From: an uncultured Candidatus Saccharibacteria bacterium
GTDB taxonomy: Bacteria; Patescibacteriota; Minisyncoccia; Phycocordibacterales; DATGWK01
DNA: 58,201 nt
Assembly: GCA_964492195.1 (NCBI GenBank)
Contig: CAZBJL010000005.1
Location: 1 to 58,201, forward strand
Direction: 5' to 3'
Under the pieces are notes generated by a model. That model did not search any database and was not told the origin of the DNA. It saw nothing but the letters and a program-made list of their open reading frames with translations. The position numbers and the translations under genes were made by a program. Below, piece by piece: positions 52,596 to 58,201 of the stretch. Within the stretch, counting starts at the first letter, position 1; the number at the start of each line of letters is the position of its first letter.

Positions 52596-53431
52596 TGGTT
52601 TACGTTTAGTTCGGCGAGATAATTAGTATCTTTTATATACACACGGTTGTCACTTACCCTAAAATCCGGCTGCTGACCTCGATATATTGGATAGAAATTC
52701 TGATACGGTCTGCGGTCGATTTCTACTGCATACACACCGTTGTCCAACGCCAGCATAATAGCATCAGACCGTGAAGGATAAAAATCAAACGACCGAATTG
52801 GCACGAAGGATTCAAAAACCAATACAGGGTCTGTACAGCTAATAACCGTGCAGAAATATTTTGGTGCGGAATCTTCACTTCCCGTCCATTGTGCGTATAT
52901 CGTGTTACCCGTACGCCAAATTTCAACTTTTTTATATGTAAGAACTTCCGGACTTGTCGTTGCGGAAGCAGTTTTATTTATTTTAAGTGAGCTTGGAACA
53001 GTTGAAGAAGCAAAGAGAGTAAGGATTTCTTTTCGAGACGCCGGAGTAGTGATTTCATCCGCAACAATAACTTTTGGCACAAGTAACGGATAGAGCGCTT
53101 CAACCTCCCCCGCTTTTACCTGAATGATTTTTGCCCATGGCCAAAACGCTTCATTTGCCGCAAGGACGAGGTATTGATCTGGCTTGAGATTGTTGACGAG
53201 TACTTCTCTTTTAAGGAAACCTGACTGGCTTTTAAGCTCATTGCCAATATAGACCGCAGTATTCGGTTCTGGTGTAAACACGTAGACGCCACCACGAATC
53301 GTGAGACCGAGGGTCGTGTCGAACGTGTAGCCGTTTGAGTAAAAAACAAGAATCGGAAAACCTACGAGAAAAACAAGAAGAAATCCAAAAAAATAGATGA
53401 GGCGTAACTTATATGAAACCGGACGTGGCAT
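52592..53431 (-). CDS. Membrane-anchored hypothetical protein (possible PEGA-like beta domain)
   Basis: N-terminal TM segment. Translationally coupled (ATGA) to the PheRS gene. Confidence 0.55.
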   Translation of the reverse strand: MPRPVSYKLRLIYFFGFLLVFLVGFPILVFYSNGYTFDTTLGLTIRGGVYVFTPEPNTAVYIGNELKSQSGFLKREVLVNNLKPDQYLVLAANEAFWPWAKIIQVKAGEVEALYPLLVPKVIVADEITTPASRKEILTLFASSTVPSSLKINKTASATTSPEVLTYKKVEIWRTGNTIYAQWTGSEDSAPKYFCTVISCTDPVLVFESFVPIRSFDFYPSRSDAIMLALDNGVYAVEIDRRPYQNFYPIYRGQQPDFRVSDNRVYIKDTNYLAELNVNQ

Positions 53432-53479
53432 AGCGTTTAGTATATGACGAATTTCTCCTACAACAAATATGAACCCGTA

Positions 53480-55018
53480 CTAGGATTGATGCTTTGGCGT
53501 AACCCAAAAACCCATATATCGACCAAGCATAAGACGAGTCTGTGCATCGAGACTCGGAATTGAACCGAAGACAGTGATCGTAATCGGAATCAAAAGCCAT
53601 TGAATGAGCATGAAAACAAATTTAAAGCGTCCATGGACGATCGGTCGTTTTGGCAAAAAGCTCATAGAAATAATCGCAGAGAAAATGAGTCCACACATTG
53701 CAAGCACCATGAGGTTTCGCGTCACGACCGGCAAGTTATACGAAAGGACAGTGGTATGAAATCTGTATCCACCAAGGATAAGCGGCAACCAACTCAACAT
53801 AAAAATAATGATCGGGTTTGTCGCAAGCGACCAAAAGCCCTCAAGCTGAACAAATGCGACTCGTATCTTTTTCCAAGTCGAAATCCGTTTATTTTTTACC
53901 AAACCAAACAAAATATAGGGAATATTTTCCACTCCCCAACCCCATCGTCGCTGTTGTTTGTAAATATTTATAAGTGTCTGCCAAAAGGTTGGTGCGAGAT
54001 TTGCATCCATAGAAACGGGGTACGAAATCGGCGTCACAAAGTAGTCTCCGTCGTACGCAAGGTATGCATTCCAGAAAATTCGAGAGTCTTCGGAAACCAT
54101 ATTTTTCTGCCAATATCCAATTTCATGCAACACTTTAAAGCTCACTGAATGCGAAGAAAACGTCGCAATCTTTTCTGGACGTTCCTGCTGAATCATCTGC
54201 CAAAACGTACCTGACGTCGCAACAACTCGCGACAGTGCAGGCGCATCCCACATATTGTTGTTATAAAGCGGCACAGGTTGGAAAGAAGTCCTGAACGGCT
54301 TTTCCCCTGTGAGGAAATGCCACGTGATGCACGCGAGATAGTCCGAATACACCACAGTATCGATATCGAACGCAGACACGAGCACATTTTCATAAGGAAT
54401 TTTCTTTGCATCCAATATTTTCTTTCGAGCTTCATCGATTGCGTGTGCAATGTTTGATCCCTTTCCAGCCATTTCGCCAGGTAAATCCTTCGGGTGAATA
54501 GTGATAAGCAAATCACCAAAGACACCGGCGTATTCTTTCTTTACCTTTTCCGCTTTTTGTACTGCATCATTCCCTGCTCGTTCCTCAAGCGCAAGGACAA
54601 CGAGAATCTTTTTATTATCGTAATGCGAATCAACAAGCGACTTGAGGCAGTTTTCAATAACACTCACATCTTCTTTGTAGTACGGCAACAAAATGAGGTG
54701 GTAAATGTGTTCGTATTTCACATGACTTAACATTTCAAGCCAGTTAAGTGACCTGTTATGTTTCAAACGTCGCCAGTTTTGTCTCAAATACGTCGAAAGG
54801 TACACTGTCTTTAAAAGCCAGTAAAAATCAAAAATAATAATAAAAATTGCTGCGTAAACAGGTGCAAAGTACGAAAGGAGCACACAACCAAGAATCGAGC
54901 CCCACGCGAGAGCTCCTGGAAGGATTTCAAACGCTCGGTACAGAGTTCTGTCACGGCCAGTGAGTTCGGAGGCTCGGCCGATATGAAGTGGTTTGTAGAT
55001 TGGAACAGATGAATCCAT
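53480..55018 (-). CDS. Processive family-2 glycosyltransferase (cellulose/chitin-synthase-like), polytopic
   Basis: GT2 core with D, DxD (FDIDT) and QQRRWGWG (QxxRW) motifs, flanked by TM segments. Confidence 0.85.
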   Translation of the reverse strand: MDSSVPIYKPLHIGRASELTGRDRTLYRAFEILPGALAWGSILGCVLLSYFAPVYAAIFIIIFDFYWLLKTVYLSTYLRQNWRRLKHNRSLNWLEMLSHVKYEHIYHLILLPYYKEDVSVIENCLKSLVDSHYDNKKILVVLALEERAGNDAVQKAEKVKKEYAGVFGDLLITIHPKDLPGEMAGKGSNIAHAIDEARKKILDAKKIPYENVLVSAFDIDTVVYSDYLACITWHFLTGEKPFRTSFQPVPLYNNNMWDAPALSRVVATSGTFWQMIQQERPEKIATFSSHSVSFKVLHEIGYWQKNMVSEDSRIFWNAYLAYDGDYFVTPISYPVSMDANLAPTFWQTLINIYKQQRRWGWGVENIPYILFGLVKNKRISTWKKIRVAFVQLEGFWSLATNPIIIFMLSWLPLILGGYRFHTTVLSYNLPVVTRNLMVLAMCGLIFSAIISMSFLPKRPIVHGRFKFVFMLIQWLLIPITITVFGSIPSLDAQTRLMLGRYMGFWVTPKHQS

Positions 55019-55031
55019 GATGGAAAAAGTG

Positions 55032-55104
55032 AGCCACCTCTCGGATTTGAACCGAGGACCTACTGTTTACAAAACAGTTGCTCTACCAACTGAGCTAAGG
55101 TGGC
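55032..55104 (-). tRNA. tRNA-Thr (anticodon UGU), CCA not encoded
   Basis: Manual cloverleaf: acceptor GCCACCT/AGGTGGC, D arm GCTC-AGTTGGTA-GAGC, anticodon arm ACTGT-TTTGTAA-ACAGT, T arm CTCGG-TTCAAAT-CCGAG. Total 73 nt. Confidence 0.9.
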
Positions 55105-55145
55105 GTGTTACTCGCTTGTCGAGTGAAAATACAATACCATCAAAC

Positions 55146-55517
55146 CTACGCCGTGTCGCCGTCGCGACGGAATGACATCGAACGCATGTACGGTGAAACG
55201 GTATTGTTTGAAAAGTCTCGCTTGCCTCTCATTTTTGGATTCGTCCCATGATAATACCCATGGGTTTTTGCTTTAATCCGTCCAAAGAGTGCTTCCACTC
55301 GATTTGGGATATGAACCAAAAAAAGAAAGAACGCTCTTTCTCGGCGATGATCCCAAATTTCCTGCAATCGTTTACCAACAGCAATGATTACAGGATCACC
55401 TTTAGAAAAAAATCGGCCAAAAAAAGTTTGTCGACCCTTTTTCATTTCTACACGCTTTACAACCAAGAGGAATAAAATTCCCAGAAGAGCAACGATACAT
55501 GTATAGAGCAGTGACAT
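55146..55517 (-). CDS. Membrane-anchored hypothetical protein
   Basis: N-terminal TM segment and a basic C-terminal region. No known domain. Confidence 0.5.
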   Translation of the reverse strand: MSLLYTCIVALLGILFLLVVKRVEMKKGRQTFFGRFFSKGDPVIIAVGKRLQEIWDHRRERAFFLFLVHIPNRVEALFGRIKAKTHGYYHGTNPKMRGKRDFSNNTVSPYMRSMSFRRDGDTA

Positions 55518-55523
55518 ACATTT

Positions 55524-56111
55524 TTAACGAACGGTTGAAAATCGGGCAAATCGCGCGACTTCAATTCGTTCACCAAACTTCTGTATAGCCGATTCAATCA
55601 TTTGGCTAATAGTTACATTTTGATCCTTTACGAAGGGCTGGTCAAGCAGTATACGTTCACCAAAATATGCATTTAATTTGCCTTCAATTGCCTTTTCTCG
55701 AATATTTTCAGGCTTATCTTTAACTTCATCTGCAAAGATTTCCTGCGCTTTTTTTCGAGCTTCAACGTCGATATCTTCTTTTTTCAAGAATTCTGGGTTG
55801 TTAGCCGCAACATGCATTGCAATGTCACGAGCAAGCGTCTTGAAGTCGTCGTTTTTTGCAACGAAATCTGTTTCGCAGAGAAGTTCAACCATGGCACCTA
55901 CCGTGCCACCACCGTGAATGTAAGAAGCAACGACACCAGAACCCAAGTTTCGATCAGATTTTTTGGAAGCGATGCCTTTACTATTCTTTTTGAGAATAAT
56001 AACTGCCTTTTCCATGTCACCATGAGCTTCCTCCAACGCCTTTCGACATTGCATAATAGAAATGCCTGTAAGATCTCTCAACTCCTTGATTCTTTCAACG
56101 GTTATTTCCAT
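55524..56111 (-). CDS. tsf: Elongation factor Ts (short form)
   Basis: UBA-like N-terminus IKELRDLTGISIMQCRKALEE and ETDFVAKN. It lies downstream of rpsB. Confidence 0.93.
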   Translation of the reverse strand: MEITVERIKELRDLTGISIMQCRKALEEAHGDMEKAVIILKKNSKGIASKKSDRNLGSGVVASYIHGGGTVGAMVELLCETDFVAKNDDFKTLARDIAMHVAANNPEFLKKEDIDVEARKKAQEIFADEVKDKPENIREKAIEGKLNAYFGERILLDQPFVKDQNVTISQMIESAIQKFGERIEVARFARFSTVR

Positions 56112-56146
56112 ATATATGATATAAAAAACGAACTAAAAACGAGTAA

Positions 56147-56851
56147 TTACTTCTTTGTAACTTTGCCAGAATTATAAGCCTCTACAAACTTATTTACGAA
56201 AAATGCAATGCTTGCAACTGACGCATCGTTTGCAGGAATAGCGTAGTCAACTTCAGTAATATCACAGTCAGAACCACAGAGCGCAACGATTGGAATTCCT
56301 CGTTCCTGTGCTTCCTTTACAGCAATATCTTCCTTTTTAGAATCAACAATAATGAGGGCCTTTGGCAATTCTTTCATTGGAATCAAGCCTTCAAAGAATC
56401 TCTTGAGATTTTCGATTTCTTTATCGATGAGCATTCTTTCGCGCTTTGTGTATTTTGCCAATTCACCCTTTTCTTTTTGCATGGTGAGGTCTTCGAGTTT
56501 TGCAACGCGTCTTTTGATCTGGGTAAAGTTTGTGAGCGTACCACCGATCCAGCGTCCATCAACGTACGGCATGCCAAGTTTGAGAGCTCCTGCCTTCACT
56601 GCAACACGCGCTTCGCCTTTGCCACCAACAAAAAGAACTGGTGCGTTCACTGCACCGAGGTTTTTTACGAATTCGAGAGCTTTATCTAAAGACTGATTGG
56701 TTTTTTCAAGATCAAAAATTTCAACACGGTTTTTTACACCGAAAATAAAAGGTTTTGTTGAAGGATGACGTCGTGAACGAACAAAGCCGAAGTGAGCTCC
56801 GACTTTAAAGAGTTCTGAAACAATATTTGATTCTGTTGGTTTGGTATTCAT
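56147..56851 (-). CDS. rpsB: 30S ribosomal protein S2
   Basis: LFKVGAHFGF..RRHPSTKPFIFG and the conserved S2 core. The ORF track uses an upstream TTG. Confidence 0.95.
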   Translation of the reverse strand: MNTKPTESNIVSELFKVGAHFGFVRSRRHPSTKPFIFGVKNRVEIFDLEKTNQSLDKALEFVKNLGAVNAPVLFVGGKGEARVAVKAGALKLGMPYVDGRWIGGTLTNFTQIKRRVAKLEDLTMQKEKGELAKYTKRERMLIDKEIENLKRFFEGLIPMKELPKALIIVDSKKEDIAVKEAQERGIPIVALCGSDCDITEVDYAIPANDASVASIAFFVNKFVEAYNSGKVTKK

Positions 56852-56940
56852 TGGTATTAAAATCCCGGGAAACAAAACGCGTTTCTAAGAGAAACGCTTG
56901 AGAAGTCTAGCAAAATAGGGTAAATATTGCAATTCTCTTT

Positions 56941-57900
56941 TTATTCTGCTTCTTTTGCTACTTTTTCCTGAAAAGACTCTACGATTTGGTCGAGGTCGCC
57001 TGCAAAGATTGCCTCAATATTGTGCCATGACTCTTTAAGGCGATGGTCGGTAATTCTGTCCTGTAAAATATTGTACGTCCTGATTTTTTCTGAACGATCG
57101 GCAGTTCCCACGAGTTCCTTCCTTTCCGCAGAGTGCTTTTTCGCTTCTTCGGCTTCATGAAGAACGTCGAGTTTTGCCTGCAAAATTGTCATCGCTCGTT
57201 CGCGGTTTGCCGACTGACTTCGTTCTGATGTGCAGCGCACGTCGATACCAGTTGGTTTATGGATGAGTCGAACGGCAGTTTCAACTTTGTTCACGTTTTG
57301 TCCGCCAGCGCCGCCGGAACGAGAAAATTCGATTTCAAGGTCAGCAGGATTGATTTCTACATTCACCTTTTTTCGAATCGGCAACACAGCAACAGAAGCA
57401 GTCGAGGTATGAACGCGGCCAGACTTTTCTGTCGCGGGAACGCGCTGGATTCGATGTACACCAGACTCAAATCGAAGGTCTTTATAGACACCCCTTCCTT
57501 TAATTTCAAAAGACGCATCTTTGTACCCACCGAGAGAATTTTTGGACTCCTCGAGAACTCGGACGATCCAGCCTCGACGTTCACCGAACCGGCGATACAT
57601 CGTTGCTAACTTTTCCGCAAAAAGGGCGGCTTCGTCACCACCGGCACCAGCACGTACTTCGAGAATGATTTCATTAGGAAACTCTTCTTCCGCAGCGTCT
57701 TTTGAAACAATCTCTTTCATCTGATTCATAAGAGATTCCTTTTGAGCGGCAAGACCGTCGAGTTCGTCTTTGGCAAGCGCCGCAAAAGACGGGTCAGTTG
57801 CGGCCATTGTTTTTACTTCATTTTCTTCTTTCTCGAGTTTGGAGTATAAATCCGCGAGAAAAGCAGTCTTAGAATTTTGTTTAAAACTTTCTATGTTCAT
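56941..57900 (-). CDS. prfA: Peptide chain release factor 1 (short, 319 aa)
   Basis: GGQ motif [16 protein letters not shown] and a PAT tripeptide ([14 protein letters not shown]). Confidence 0.9.
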   Translation of the reverse strand: MNIESFKQNSKTAFLADLYSKLEKEENEVKTMAATDPSFAALAKDELDGLAAQKESLMNQMKEIVSKDAAEEEFPNEIILEVRAGAGGDEAALFAEKLATMYRRFGERRGWIVRVLEESKNSLGGYKDASFEIKGRGVYKDLRFESGVHRIQRVPATEKSGRVHTSTASVAVLPIRKKVNVEINPADLEIEFSRSGGAGGQNVNKVETAVRLIHKPTGIDVRCTSERSQSANRERAMTILQAKLDVLHEAEEAKKHSAERKELVGTADRSEKIRTYNILQDRITDHRLKESWHNIEAIFAGDLDQIVESFQEKVAKEAE

Positions 57901-57921
57901 GTAAGAAAGAGGTGCGGCAAT

Positions 57922-58158
57922 CTACGCAGCAGTGACTTTCTTGGTTTTAGCAGTAGTAGCAGCGGCTCGGCGGCTCTTGAATTTCTCCACTCGTCCTGCG
58001 CTGTCGAGACTTTTTTCAGTTCCAGAGTAGAAAGGATGGCATTTGCTGCAGATTTCAACACGAATAAGCTCTTTTGTTGAGCCAACAGTAAATTTGTTTC
58101 CGCATGCGCATTCTACAACGGCTTTTGGAAAATATTGGGGATGTGTATCTTTTTTCAT
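57922..58158 (-). CDS. rpmE: 50S ribosomal protein L31
   Basis: MKKDTHPQY..., CACG...[10 protein letters not shown] zinc motif. Confidence 0.93.
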   Translation of the reverse strand: MKKDTHPQYFPKAVVECACGNKFTVGSTKELIRVEICSKCHPFYSGTEKSLDSAGRVEKFKSRRAAATTAKTKKVTAA

Positions 58159-58201
58159 GTTATTTCAGGCCACTATATCAAAAACCCCTTAAAAGTCAAA
58201 A

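Noticed and set aside
1-58201. Alternative genetic code (UGA as sense codon), as in some candidate phyla.
   Set aside because: Well-supported genes end in TGA at the expected length, e.g. the desaturase at 8472-8474 and the PH-domain protein at 14640-14642. Conserved genes show no in-frame TGA interruptions.
1-58201. CRISPR arrays, transposases, integrases, phage genes, restriction-modification or other recognisable defence systems, and rRNA genes.
   Set aside because: No direct-repeat/spacer periodicity was seen, and no ORF carries the corresponding catalytic motifs. The accessory content is limited to small orphan genes.

Overview
This is a chromosomal segment of a small-genome bacterium, densely packed with housekeeping genes. 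TGA is used as a stop codon, so the genetic code is standard. The protein set looks Patescibacteria/CPR-like: trimmed or fused housekeeping proteins and a compact type IV pilus-like operon. That lineage call is inference only.

Recognisable genes:
- Transcription and translation: rpoB-rpoC, dnaG-rpoD, rpsP-KH-trmD, rpmF, rpsB-tsf, prfA, rpmE, hisS, thrS, a single-chain PheRS and tRNA-Thr(UGU).
- DNA and RNA metabolism: dnaE, gyrB, rnhB, rnc, rnr, a NusB-Nudix fusion, an SMC-like ATPase and a UvrD-type helicase-nuclease.
- Envelope and other: a MacAB-like ABC efflux trio, an orphan histidine kinase, a pilB-pilC-pseudopilin operon, a GT2 synthase, a lipid desaturase and a CsrA-like gene.

Main non-routine signals:
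1. Two paralogous intergenic elements, after rpsP and after rnhB. They share a 21-nt box and a conserved hairpin, while their outer stem and second hairpin have unrelated but self-complementary sequences. This fits an unannotated structured RNA family.
2. Two tandem mini transcription units between trmD and rpoB, each with its own promoter and terminator.
3. A mitochondrial-type single-chain PheRS.
4. A pseudopilin fused to an LVIVD beta-propeller.
5. A split in translation signals. Core genes have a -10 box 6-10 nt from the start codon and look leaderless. A set of more G+C-rich orphan mini-genes carry strong AAGGAGG sites.

No CRISPR array, transposase, integrase or rRNA gene was seen.
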